In this document: piece after piece, positions 38,604 through 47,578 of the stretch
Position numbering within the stretch: position 1 is the first letter of the stretch
Layout of the letters: the number at the start of each line of letters is the position of its first letter
Source: Gammaproteobacteria bacterium
Lineage (GTDB): Bacteria; Pseudomonadota; Gammaproteobacteria; Eutrophobiales; Eutrophobiaceae
Direction of reading: 5' to 3'
Length of the DNA stretch: 64,000 nt
NCBI GenBank assembly: GCA_040905045.1
Contig: JBBDSH010000096.1
Location: forward strand, 4,927 to 68,926
Notes under the pieces: model-generated
What the model was told of the DNA's origin: nothing
The model's database searches: none
What the model saw: the letters and a program-made list of their open reading frames with translations, nothing else
Translations under genes and position numbers: made by a program

Positions 38604-38999
38604 TTATCTTGCGCAGCGCGTGAAATTGAAAAAGGATGTCAGGCACAGCAAGTCAGTAATCAGTAATATAATGAAGACTGTTACAATAGCACCAACAATC
38701 GGACCTACAACACCTTCACCAGCCGGCATGGTTTCAATCTGCCCGGCAATTTTCTGTATTTCGCTGTCAGACAAACTGTTTATCCGGCTTAATGCTTCAT
38801 CGGGATCCACACCCTGGGCAGTCATTTCAACACGCACATCTTCGCGGGACATGAATTCATGAACCAGCGCGCGTTCAGCAACAAGTGAGCTTTCCTCGAT
38901 CAGACTGTCAGTGCTGACATTTGCGGCACTGAATGAAGTGATCGGGAAACTGCTCATAATCAGAACCAGTATTAGCGGGCGCGCCAGAAATTTTGCCAT
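38604..38999 (-). CDS. PA2779-family protein (signal peptide plus C-terminal TM anchor)
   Basis: 'MAKFLARPLILVLIMSSFPITSFSA' leader, central 'SREDVRVEMTAQGVDPDEALSRINSLSDSEIQKIAGQIE', C-terminal 'VGPIVGAIVTVFIILLITDLL'. Confidence 0.55.
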   Translation of the reverse strand: MAKFLARPLILVLIMSSFPITSFSAANVSTDSLIEESSLVAERALVHEFMSREDVRVEMTAQGVDPDEALSRINSLSDSEIQKIAGQIETMPAGEGVVGPIVGAIVTVFIILLITDLLCLTSFFNFTRCAR

Positions 39000-39148
39000 G
39001 TGCTCAAAATAGATCATGTTGTTTTACCTTGTTTATTGAATAATTCTAATCACCGGATTGTACTTCAATGCTCCGGATCCTGAATTGTGTTCTTCAGACA
39101 GTTACGGCTGGAATTCATGTCAATAATTGTTCCATTTCTGTAGTTAAT

Positions 39149-39172
39149 GATCTGTGCGGTAGTGCACAGATC
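39149..39172. promoter_or_regulatory. perfect palindrome GATCTGTGC-GGTAGT-GCACAGATC upstream of the PA2779/PA2778 operon
   Basis: 9-bp arms, 6-bp spacer, about 150 bp upstream of the PA2779 start on the transcribed side. Confidence 0.5.
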
Positions 39173-39363
39173 GCAGAGTTTGCTTAAAGAAATCTCACGT
39201 TATAGATCATTTTAGAATCGTGACAGGTATCCCCTTGGCGCCGGCATAAAAAACAATGATTTCAGCCGGTCTGTCACCTTCATTGATACCGTAATGTCAT
39301 GTTTGCACGACTTCAATAAGACCATCTCCGGCCTGTAACTGCAGGCGGTCACCGTTTTCGGTA

Positions 39364-39415
39364 ATCATAGTAAAGCAGGGTGGGTTGAGCGTCGTTTGCG
39401 AAACCCACCGGAAGG
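39364..39415. repeat. REP-like element, family E
   Basis: gcagggtgggttgagcgtcgtttgcgaaacccaccgg. Confidence 0.75.
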
Positions 39416-39420
39416 AAAAG

Positions 39421-39655
39421 AAGCCGTCATTCCGGACAAGCCCGCTTTTGGGCGCTATCCGGAATCCAGCCAGCTTGTAGCCGGATAGATCTCAGCGGAA
39501 TCCGGGCAACAGAGCAAAGCAGGCCGAGAAGAGCGTTGTTTGCGAAACCCACCAGATAGAAAAAGCACTATCATTACCGGCCCGGTTGGTCGTAATAAGG
39601 AGCTACCACTACCCACCCAATTGGCCGACATTCCGAGTGGAACGAGGAATCTCAG
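39421..39655. repeat. about 225-bp composite repeat, family F (right flank of the PA2778/PA2779 pair), same orientation as 37171-37395
   Basis: aagccgtcattccggacaagcccgcttttgggcgctatccggaatccag...cagcggaatccgggcaacagagcaaagcaggccgagaagagcgttgtttgcgaaacccaccagatagaaaaag...ccggcccggttggtcgtaataaggagc. Confidence 0.85.
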
Positions 39656-39877
39656 CTGAAAACAACCAGTTAACCATGCCACCTGGACACCCCGCGCACG
39701 CCGTCATACTTGAATGAATGCCCACCTCATTGAAAAACAGGGAGGTTTTCAAGCTCCTCAATGAACACATACCGCCCCCGCACCAGTCGTAAGAGCCTGT
39801 TCGAAAAACTGCTCACCTCCCCTCGAGGGCAGGGGGTATGAACGCACCTTTAGTGGAAAAAGGGGACGGAACCCTTT

Positions 39878-40096
39878 TTATAATAAAGTCTTGAATTCAT
39901 TCACGGAGAGGCCTGCATCCTTTGCAATACCACCCATGGTATAGGCGTCGATTGGGTTGGCTCGTGGGATGGTTACAATACGGGTACCGTCAGACATGAC
40001 GATATGCTTCCCCTGGCGTTTGACCTCAAACCCTGCCTTTTCAAGGGCCTTGACTGCAGCTTTATGTGAGACGCCGGGAATCTTTGGCACAATCAA
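39878..40096 (-). CDS. hicA: type II toxin-antitoxin system HicA-family toxin
   Basis: 'AVKALEKAGFEVKRQGKHIVMSDGTRIVTIP' YcfA/HicA signature with catalytic His-containing 'GKH'. Confidence 0.7.
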   Translation of the reverse strand: MIVPKIPGVSHKAAVKALEKAGFEVKRQGKHIVMSDGTRIVTIPRANPIDAYTMGGIAKDAGLSVNEFKTLL

Positions 40097-40290
40097 CCCG
40101 CGATATCGATTTCGCGGATCTCTGCACCTTCAAGCATCTCGTTTGCAACGGCCAGGTAGGAACTGATCGCGTCCCTGGCGTTGTCCAGTGCCTCCGCTTC
40201 CGTGGTTCCCTGAGACCAGCAGCCGGGGAGTCCGGGTACTGATACACTGTATCCTTCGTCGGTTTTCTTTAGTGCGATTTTGTATTTCAT
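40093..40290 (-). CDS. hicB: HicB-family antitoxin (short form)
   Basis: 'MKYKIALKKTDEGYSVSVPGLPGCWSQGTTEAEALDNARDAI' HicB/UPF0150 N-domain; 4-nt overlap with hicA. Confidence 0.6.
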   Translation of the reverse strand: MKYKIALKKTDEGYSVSVPGLPGCWSQGTTEAEALDNARDAISSYLAVANEMLEGAEIREIDIAG

Positions 40291-40380
40291 GAGGCTATTA
40301 TAGCGTGTAATTGACTCCATGTGGATTCCGGGTCTCCGCTACGCTGCGCCCGGAATGACGGCTCCGATTGGGGATTTACG

Positions 40381-41823
40381 CTATGAAGCCGTCCCCCCAA
40401 CCGTCAACTCATCAATCTTGATCGTCGGCTGACCGACACCCACCGGCACGGACTGCCCGTCCTTGCCGCAGACGCCGATGCCGGAATCCAGGGCCATGTC
40501 GTTGCCTACCATGGAGACTCGGGTTAATACATCCGGGCCGTTGCCGATGATGGTGGCGCCCTTGACGGGGGCGGTGATCTTGCCGTCCTCAATGAGCCAG
40601 GCCTGGCTGGCGCTGAAGACGAACTTGCCGTTGGTGATGTCCACCTGGCCGCCGCCGAACTGGGTGGCGTAGATGCCTTTCTTCACCGATTTAATAATCT
40701 CTTCCGGATCGCGTTCGCCGCCCAGCATGTAGGTGTTGGTCATGCGCGGCATGGGCAGGTGGGCGTAGGATTCGCGCCGGGCGTTGCCGGTGGGGTTCAT
40801 GCCCATGAGGCGGGCGTTCATTTTGTCCTGCATGTAGTTGCGCAGGATGCCGTTCTCGATGAGCGTGGTGGATTGCGTCGGCGTGCCTTCGTCGTCCACG
40901 GTTAATGAGCCGCGGCGGTTGGGAATGGTGCCGTCGTCCACCACGGTGACTTCCGGGCTGGCGATACGCTGGCCCAGCTTGCCGGAGAAGGCGGAGGTTT
41001 TCTTGCGGTTGAAGTCGCCTTCCAGGCCGTGGCCGATGGCTTCATGTAAAAGAATACCGGGCCAGCCGGGGCCCAGTACCACGGTCATGCTGCCGGCGGG
41101 GGCGTCCACGGCCTCCAGATTGATTAATGCCGCTTCCACCGCCTCGTCCACGTACTGTCGCGCCATGTCTTCGTCGTAGAAATAATCGTAGCCGAAGCGG
41201 CCGCCGCCGCCGGCGCTGCCTTTCTCGCGGCGGCCGTCCTGTTCGACAATGATGGAGACGTTCAGGCGCACCAGCGGCCGGATGTCGGCGCTGAAGGTGC
41301 CGTCCATGCCGGCCACCAGCATGGTGGTGTATTCGCCGGCCAGGGAGGCGATGACCTGTTTCACGCGCGGGTCTTTCTTGCGCGCCAGTTCGTCCACTTT
41401 CTGCAGCAGGGCGATCTTACGATCGGCGGGCATGGCGTCCAGGGGATCGTCGCTGCCGTACAGGGGCACGATGTCCTGTTTGTGCCAGGCCTGCAGGGAT
41501 CGGTCCGAGCCGCTTTGGGCGATGGCGCGGGCGGCGTGGGCGGCGCTGGTCAGGGCCGGCAGCTGGATCTCGTCGGAATAGGCGAAGCCGGTTTTCTCGC
41601 CGCTGACGGCGCGCACGCCGACGCCCTGATCAATATGGTGGGTGCCTTCCTTGATGATGCCGTCCTCCAGCACCCAGGATTCCATGCGCGAGGATTCGAA
41701 ATACAGGTCCGCCTGGTCGACTTGCCGGGTGATGAGTTGATCCAGGGTTTTCTGCAGGTCGTTGATGCCCAGCCCCACGGGGGCGAGCAGGGATTGGGTG
41801 GCGGTGTCCAGCGGTGTATTCAT
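40381..41823 (-). CDS. tldD: metalloprotease TldD
   Basis: 480 aa; '[15 protein letters not shown]' HExxxH region; full-length TldD/PmbA-family similarity. Confidence 0.9.
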   Translation of the reverse strand: MNTPLDTATQSLLAPVGLGINDLQKTLDQLITRQVDQADLYFESSRMESWVLEDGIIKEGTHHIDQGVGVRAVSGEKTGFAYSDEIQLPALTSAAHAARAIAQSGSDRSLQAWHKQDIVPLYGSDDPLDAMPADRKIALLQKVDELARKKDPRVKQVIASLAGEYTTMLVAGMDGTFSADIRPLVRLNVSIIVEQDGRREKGSAGGGGRFGYDYFYDEDMARQYVDEAVEAALINLEAVDAPAGSMTVVLGPGWPGILLHEAIGHGLEGDFNRKKTSAFSGKLGQRIASPEVTVVDDGTIPNRRGSLTVDDEGTPTQSTTLIENGILRNYMQDKMNARLMGMNPTGNARRESYAHLPMPRMTNTYMLGGERDPEEIIKSVKKGIYATQFGGGQVDITNGKFVFSASQAWLIEDGKITAPVKGATIIGNGPDVLTRVSMVGNDMALDSGIGVCGKDGQSVPVGVGQPTIKIDELTVGGTAS

Positions 41824-41833
41824 GCGTGTCTCT

Positions 41834-42655
41834 TTATATTAATGTCTTGTGTTTCAGGGCCGGGAATTTGCGGCGCAGTTGCTCGACCTCATCCAGGTCG
41901 ATGTCCGCGCTGACCACGCCCGGGCCCTTGTCCAGTTGCGCGAGGATATCACCCCAGGGATCGATGATCATGCTGTGGCCCCAGGTGGCGCGGGTGGCGG
42001 TATTCTGCCCGCCCTGGGCGGCGGCGATGACGAAACAGAGGTTTTCCACGGCTCGCGCCCGTAACAGGTGTTCCCAGTGCCGCCGGCCGGTGGTTTCCGT
42101 GAAGGCCGACGGAACGGTAATGATGTTAATACTTTGATCCAGCATGCGCCGGTAGAGTTCCGGGAAGCGCAGGTCGTAGCATATGGACATGCCTATATTG
42201 CCGATGGGGGTGTGGGCGACGATGATCTCGCTGCCCGGCATCATGGTGCGGGATTCGGTATAGGATTCACCGCCCTCGCTCTCGTCCAGGACCACGTCGA
42301 ACAGGTGGATCTTGTCGTAGCGGCTCACGCATTGGCCTTCCGGGTTGTACAGCAGGCAGGCGTTGTAGACCCGGTCGGGATTGCCGGACTCCAGCGGGAT
42401 GGTGCCGCCCATGAGCCAGAGGCCGTACTTTTTGGCCTGGTCGGCGAGGAAATCCTGCAGGGGGCCGCTGCCGTAGGGTTCCTGAATAGCCAGTTTGTCG
42501 GTGTCTTCAAGGCCGATGACGGGGAAGAACTCCGGCAGCTGGACGAATTCGGCGCCGTGATCCGTCGCCGCCTCGGCGATGAGGGTCTCGGCGCTTTCCA
42601 GGTTGGCGTCCACATCCGGGGTGGAGACCATTTGCAGGGCGGCGACTCGGGGCAT
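41834..42655 (-). CDS. carbon-nitrogen hydrolase family protein (nitrilase superfamily)
   Basis: 'RVAALQM' start, catalytic 'E-K-C' context ('[18 protein letters not shown]'), 273 aa. Confidence 0.8.
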   Translation of the reverse strand: MPRVAALQMVSTPDVDANLESAETLIAEAATDHGAEFVQLPEFFPVIGLEDTDKLAIQEPYGSGPLQDFLADQAKKYGLWLMGGTIPLESGNPDRVYNACLLYNPEGQCVSRYDKIHLFDVVLDESEGGESYTESRTMMPGSEIIVAHTPIGNIGMSICYDLRFPELYRRMLDQSINIITVPSAFTETTGRRHWEHLLRARAVENLCFVIAAAQGGQNTATRATWGHSMIIDPWGDILAQLDKGPGVVSADIDLDEVEQLRRKFPALKHKTLI

Positions 42656-42701
42656 TGTTCAGTGATCCCGTGGTTTTGGTGTTCATTATCGGTGCGAGGG
42701 T

Positions 42702-42808
42702 GCGCCTCCCACAACCAGAGTTTTCCCTCATTGCCAAACCGTGCATGTAGGAGCGGCCACCCCGGCTTACAGCATGCCGGGGCAGGCTCCGGCCGCGAAT
42801 TATGACTA
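42702..42808. repeat. composite repeat, family D variant
   Basis: gcgcctcccacaaccagagtttt...gtaggagcggccaccccggcttacagcatgccggggcaggctccggccgcgaattatgac. Confidence 0.75.
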
Positions 42809-42941
42809 CCTGAGCATAATCCTGTATGCGGGCCACCCAAGCCGTCATCCCGGCCAGGCTTGCCCCGGACATGATCCGGGGGATTGGCCGGGATCCAGTT
42901 GCATGGATGCGCCGATCTGCTCCTGTCATGACCCTCCATGG

Positions 42942-43211
42942 CTAGTACCTCGACACAGGGATGATGATGAATTCAGCGCCGGTCCAGGGCCTTTCCCGCA
43001 AGGCGCGGCGGCGCCGGCAGAGTGGGCCCTCTGTCAAGCCGGCGCAACGCAGCGGGAAAGGCCCTGGCCGGCGCCCTCCGGGTCGGCCCAAAAGCGGCCA
43101 TTGCGTCGTTGTTTTCTCTTGCCATAGGCCCACTATGCCTGCGAGAAAACGCCTTGCACTGGCCGCTTTTGGATTGACTGAACTCATCATAATTCCTGTG
43201 TCGAGGTACTA
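42942..43211. mobile_element. 270-bp MITE-like element with 18-bp perfect terminal inverted repeats (CTAGTACCTCGACACAGG / CCTGTGTCGAGGTACTAG) and nested internal inverted repeats
   Basis: terminal inverted repeats at 42942-42959 and 43194-43211; internal ccaaaagcggcc (43086) / ggccgcttttgg (43164); mirror-image shadow ORFs on both strands. Confidence 0.5.
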
Positions 43212-43329
43212 GAAGAGGATAAAACGCATAAGGATACAGAGGCGGTGCGACGCGAACAAGCAAGGGGACGTATAAAAAAAGGCCCCGGTAGCCGGGGCCT
43301 GAGTTCAGCAAAGAATAGGCGGGAGTGAA

Positions 43330-43590
43330 TTATTCCGCGGTCAGCATGTCGCGGTTGTTGTCCAGGGTCATCTGTCCGACGCCGTCCACATTCATCAATT
43401 CCTCGACGGAAGAGAAGGGTCCGTTTTCCTCGCGGTAATCGATGATGGCCTCGGCGCGTTTTTCGCCGACGCCCTGGATGGACATCAGGGTTTCCGCGTC
43501 CGCCGTATTGACATTGATCCTGTCGGCGGCGGCCAGTTGAAGTGAAAAGAACAGAAAGGAAGTGAGAAGTATTTTCCGTATGCAATCCAT
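43330..43590 (-). CDS. comEA: ComEA-family helix-hairpin-helix DNA-binding protein
   Basis: signal peptide plus 'INVNTADAETLMSIQGVGEKRAEAIIDYREENGPFSSVEEL'. Confidence 0.75.
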   Translation of the reverse strand: MDCIRKILLTSFLFFSLQLAAADRINVNTADAETLMSIQGVGEKRAEAIIDYREENGPFSSVEELMNVDGVGQMTLDNNRDMLTAE

Positions 43591-43744
43591 GGTTGCCTCC
43601 TTTAGATTTTAGATTGAATCCCTTTACTCCATGCGCCTGTAATACTAGTCGAATTGAACAGGGATTTAAATACCTCAAAAAGGGGACAAAAAAAGCCCCG
43701 TATAAACGGGGCTGAAGGGAGGGATGCTGATTTAACTGTTTGAT

Positions 43745-45130
43745 TTACCAGTAAACCTGCCCGCGGAAGGAGAGGCCATGGGGCTCGTCGCCGTCAAAGG
43801 CGCTGCCGGGGCGGTTCATGTCGAGGGTATAAATGTAGTTGGCCATGAAGCGCATGTTCTTGTTCACGTACCAGTTGACGCCGGCGGTCAGGGCTTCCTG
43901 CGCCCCGCCGCTTCCGGCTCCGAGAACACCGACGGCGTCGTTCAGGTCAAGCTTGTCGTAGCGAACGGCCACCTGCCAGCCGCCGTAACCGCCCTTGCCG
44001 ACAACACTGTTGGGGGCGACACTGCCGAATTGCGCCTTGCCGGTATCGTATTTGGGTGATTCGCCGGTGAGGAAATAACTGGTTTCGGCGTAATAACCGT
44101 CCAGATCCGCATCCGGTACGCCGGCAAGCGCCGAATTTACCGTCATGCGTGAATATTCCGACTTGAAGCCGAAGGAACCGTAAACGGCGGCGGCCTCGAC
44201 GTTGAGTCCCAGCGTATCATCGGCGGCCGCGCCGAAATTGGCATCCACAAAGCGATCCGCCGTGCGGAAGATCCCCGGCCGTTGCCGAACGCGCAGGGTC
44301 CGGTCCACCAGTTTCCGGTACCAGATACCGGCACCGACGGCCATCAGGTGGTTCTTGTCCCGCATCAGGGGGACGAAGGTACCGCGGGCCGCGATATTGA
44401 GTTCATCGTCGATACCGCCGCCGCTGGGCTGGCCGCCCTGTTCGGCACCGAACACGCCGGCATGCAATGTCCAGCGATCATTGCCGCCCCGGGTAAACGC
44501 GGCCACACCCAGTTGCCGCGCGGGCTGCAGCGGGCCGTCGGCGAGAAAGGGACGCTCGATGAAACTCATGTATTTCGAACTGGACAGGGTTGCCAGGCCG
44601 AACGGTATATGGGACTGGCCGAACTTGACCCAGGAATTGCCCGACTTGTAACCGATGAAGCCGTCCTTCATGGATGTGCCGTTGCCGGCGAAATCCATTT
44701 CCAGCTTGTAAATCCAGTTGCCGAACATGCTGCCCTCAAACCCCAGGCGGGCGCGGCGGATAAAGGGTTCGCTGCCGATCTTGTTGATGTCGGAATTGAC
44801 CAGGTTGTAATCGGCCATGACCCGGCCGATGGGTTGCCAGGACCAGTCGCCGTCGGCGGAGGACACCTTGAACTTGCCCCTGGTTTCAATCTTCGGCATG
44901 TCCTTGACCTTCTCTTCCACTTCAGCCTGCGCAGCTTCATTCTTTTCCTCATCCGCGGCGGCGGCAATCTTCAGGGAGCGGTATTCCTCCGCCGAGATAC
45001 TGCCTTTTTTATACATGATTTCGATAAGCTGCATCATGGCATCGTTGCCGGCCTGTGCCGGTGCAGACAGTGCGGCCATGAGCCACAGCATTGCCGAACC
45101 GCAGAGTGTGCTTGATTTGATACGGGTCAC
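43745..45130 (-). CDS. phosphate-selective porin, OprO/OprP family
   Basis: signal peptide 'LWLMAALSAPAQA', beta-barrel ending in 'F/YW'; GTG start with AGGAGA RBS; adjacent to the pho regulon and a Pho-box-like site. Confidence 0.65.
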   Translation of the reverse strand: MTRIKSSTLCGSAMLWLMAALSAPAQAGNDAMMQLIEIMYKKGSISAEEYRSLKIAAAADEEKNEAAQAEVEEKVKDMPKIETRGKFKVSSADGDWSWQPIGRVMADYNLVNSDINKIGSEPFIRRARLGFEGSMFGNWIYKLEMDFAGNGTSMKDGFIGYKSGNSWVKFGQSHIPFGLATLSSSKYMSFIERPFLADGPLQPARQLGVAAFTRGGNDRWTLHAGVFGAEQGGQPSGGGIDDELNIAARGTFVPLMRDKNHLMAVGAGIWYRKLVDRTLRVRQRPGIFRTADRFVDANFGAAADDTLGLNVEAAAVYGSFGFKSEYSRMTVNSALAGVPDADLDGYYAETSYFLTGESPKYDTGKAQFGSVAPNSVVGKGGYGGWQVAVRYDKLDLNDAVGVLGAGSGGAQEALTAGVNWYVNKNMRFMANYIYTLDMNRPGSAFDGDEPHGLSFRGQVYW

Positions 45131-45237
45131 GATGATTCTCCTCGTTTTGTGTTCAAGAGACGGTTGATACATTTCGGCATGACCTCCCGCCGGCAGGCCA
45201 TGCATTCGAGTTTCGAGTCGGGAACAATAGAGCCGGA

Positions 45238-45268
45238 CTGTGAATAACCGATGACCTTTTTGTTACAG
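45238..45268 (-). promoter_or_regulatory. Pho-box-like site for the porin gene
   Basis: minus-strand CTGTAAC-aaaa-AGGTCAT-cggt-TATTCAC: 7-mers at 11-bp spacing. Confidence 0.5.
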
Positions 45269-45355
45269 ACAGATGAAGAAAATGTTGAATGGATTACATG
45301 CCGGCGCCGGCAGGGCCTCTTTATGACAAATCAGAAGATCGGGAGGCTTATATTC

Positions 45356-45382
45356 CTTGTCATGAAACTGTAATATGTTTCG
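45356..45382 (+). promoter_or_regulatory. Pho box upstream of phoB
   Basis: cTTGTCAT-gaaa-CTGTAAT-atgt-TTCGTGT about 20 bp upstream of the phoB ATG region. Confidence 0.55.
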
Positions 45383-45397
45383 TGTCTAATTCGCGCC

Positions 45398-46108
45398 ATG
45401 CTTCAGACAGTTTATGATGCCATGAAGGGTAAGATACTCGTCATTGAGGATGAAGTCGCCATCAGGGAGATGCTTGGATACGCCCTGATGAAGGAGGGCT
45501 ATGAGTTTCATGAAGCCGCCGATGTGGAGCAGGCGCGTCCGATTACGGCGGAGCATCGGCCCGATCTCATCCTGCTTGACTGGATGCTGCCCGGCATGAG
45601 CGGAGTCGATTACGCCCGTCGTCTGCGCAATGATCCCGATACCCGCGATATCCCGATTATCATGCTGACGGCCCGGGGCGAGGAAAGTGACAGAATACGG
45701 GGCCTGGATACCGGCGCCGACGATTATGTGACCAAACCGTTTTCGACCAGGGAATTGCTTGCCCGGATCAAGGCGGTATTACGGCGTACCGGCAAGCCGG
45801 GCGAGGCAGGCGCAATTGAAGTCAACGGGCTGGTGCTGGATCCGGAAACCTATCGCGTTTCCGCGGACGGGCAACCCGTAATCATCAGCCCGACGGAATT
45901 CCGCCTGCTGCATTTCTTCATAAAAAATCCCGAGCGTGTCTACAGCCGTACACAACTGCTGGATCAGGTATGGGGCCGGAATATCTATGTCGAGGAACGG
46001 ACCGTGGATGTGCATATACGGCGCTTGCGCAAGATCCTGGAACCGTTCGGGTTTGATAAATACATTCAAACCGTACGCAGCGTCGGCTACCGTTTCTCAC
46101 CAAAGTAA
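45398..46108 (+). CDS. phoB: phosphate regulon response regulator
   Basis: receiver 'LVIEDEVAIREML...DLILLDWMLPGMSG' plus winged-helix 'YIQTVRSVGYRF'. Confidence 0.9.
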   Translation: MLQTVYDAMKGKILVIEDEVAIREMLGYALMKEGYEFHEAADVEQARPITAEHRPDLILLDWMLPGMSGVDYARRLRNDPDTRDIPIIMLTARGEESDRIRGLDTGADDYVTKPFSTRELLARIKAVLRRTGKPGEAGAIEVNGLVLDPETYRVSADGQPVIISPTEFRLLHFFIKNPERVYSRTQLLDQVWGRNIYVEERTVDVHIRRLRKILEPFGFDKYIQTVRSVGYRFSPK

Positions 46109-47452
46109 GTGAATCGCATGAATCGCGACTTCGCTCGATTCGCAGGTTTTGCCACGGCCGGATTGATTATCGGCCTGTTGTTCGGCCATGCGGCGGCGGG
46201 AGTTGCCGTCGCGCTTGCAGCCTGTTGTTACCTTTTGTTCCGCGATAACCGGCGTCTGTACGACTGGCTGCGCCGGCACGACGACGAGGAACCGCCGCCG
46301 TTACACGGCAGTCATGATGATATCGCCGGGGAAGTCCGGGCGCTGCGCCGGTCTTACCGGCATCGCGAGGACAAGCTGACGCGGTACGTGGAACGTATCC
46401 AGGAGGCCACTGCCGCGCTGCCGGATGCCATTGTCATCCTGGACGGGGAAGATCATATCCGCTGGGCCAATCAGCAGGCGACGGAATATCTCGGCATCCA
46501 CTGGCCGCAGGATGCCGCCCAGCGGCTGGGCAATCTTATCCGCCATCCGAAATTGCTCGACTATCTCAGGCGCAAGGGGCAAAGCGGGGATGTCAAGGGT
46601 GTCATACTGCCGTCACCGGAATCCCCGGATCGGCATATTGAATACCGGTTGATTCAGTACGGCGACGGTCTGCGCCTGCTGCTGGCGCGCGATGTCAGCT
46701 ATATTGAACGGATTAACCGCATGCGGCGTGACTTTATTGCCAATGCTTCTCACGAACTGCGTACGCCGCTGACCGTGATTGCGGGTTATCTGGAGTCGCT
46801 GGACGGAGATATGGACTCGAAGACCGCCGACTTGCAGCCGCAATTCCGGCAGATGCGCAAACAGGCGGCGCGCATGCAGACGTTGATTGACGATATGCTG
46901 ACGCTGTCCCGGCTTGAATCGGATGATGACAAATCCCGGCATGCACGGGTGGCTGTGCCGGATCTCCTCGCCGTGATTCACCAGGAAGCGAAGACACTGA
47001 GCGGTGAGCGCGGACATAAAATCGAGCTGGATGTGGATGATTCCCTGCTGCTGCGCGGCGATTACAATGAACTCTACAGTGCGTTTTCCAATCTTGTGGC
47101 CAACGCCGTGCAATATACACCGGACGGCGGCACGATCCTCATACACTGGTATGAGGACGAAGGCGGTGCACACTTGGCGGTCAGTGATACCGGCGAGGGT
47201 ATCGCCCCGGAACACATACCGCGCCTGACCGAGCGGTTTTACCGGGTTGACAGCGGACGATCGCGCGAGAGCGGCGGTACCGGCCTGGGACTTGCCATCG
47301 TCAAGCATGTCATGAACCGTCACGGCGGCCGCCTGCATATCGAAAGCCGGCCCGGTGAGGGCAGTATCTTCCGGTGTGATTTGCCGGCAAGCGGCATCGA
47401 GCGACGCACCGGGGCGGATTCCCCTCCCCCGGAAAATGGAACACGTATTTAG
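46109..47452 (+). CDS. phoR: phosphate regulon sensor histidine kinase
   Basis: TM, PAS, H-box 'FIANASHELRTPLTVI', ATPase 'GGTGLGLAIVKHV'. Confidence 0.85.
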   Translation: MNRMNRDFARFAGFATAGLIIGLLFGHAAAGVAVALAACCYLLFRDNRRLYDWLRRHDDEEPPPLHGSHDDIAGEVRALRRSYRHREDKLTRYVERIQEATAALPDAIVILDGEDHIRWANQQATEYLGIHWPQDAAQRLGNLIRHPKLLDYLRRKGQSGDVKGVILPSPESPDRHIEYRLIQYGDGLRLLLARDVSYIERINRMRRDFIANASHELRTPLTVIAGYLESLDGDMDSKTADLQPQFRQMRKQAARMQTLIDDMLTLSRLESDDDKSRHARVAVPDLLAVIHQEAKTLSGERGHKIELDVDDSLLLRGDYNELYSAFSNLVANAVQYTPDGGTILIHWYEDEGGAHLAVSDTGEGIAPEHIPRLTERFYRVDSGRSRESGGTGLGLAIVKHVMNRHGGRLHIESRPGEGSIFRCDLPASGIERRTGADSPPPENGTRI

Positions 47453-47480
47453 GGAACAGGAAAATCCCGATGTCGCAGAA

Positions 47481-47509
47481 CTGTCATATTGTTTTCACAG
47501 TCCTGTCAT
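47481..47509 (+). promoter_or_regulatory. Pho box upstream of pstS
   Basis: CTGTCAT-attg-TTTTCAC-agtc-CTGTCAT, 70 bp upstream of the pstS ATG. Confidence 0.7.
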
Positions 47510-47578
47510 TCCGGACGATCATAGTGTGTATACACAGCGGATTATCCACAATTCATTTATCACATTGGAGAAAGCATC

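Noticed and set aside
42942-43212. Two mirror-image 80-aa ORFs (42942-43190 minus strand, 42961-43212 plus strand)
   Set aside because: They arise from the palindromic symmetry of the element bounded by terminal inverted repeats. Arg/Pro-rich products, unlikely to be genes.
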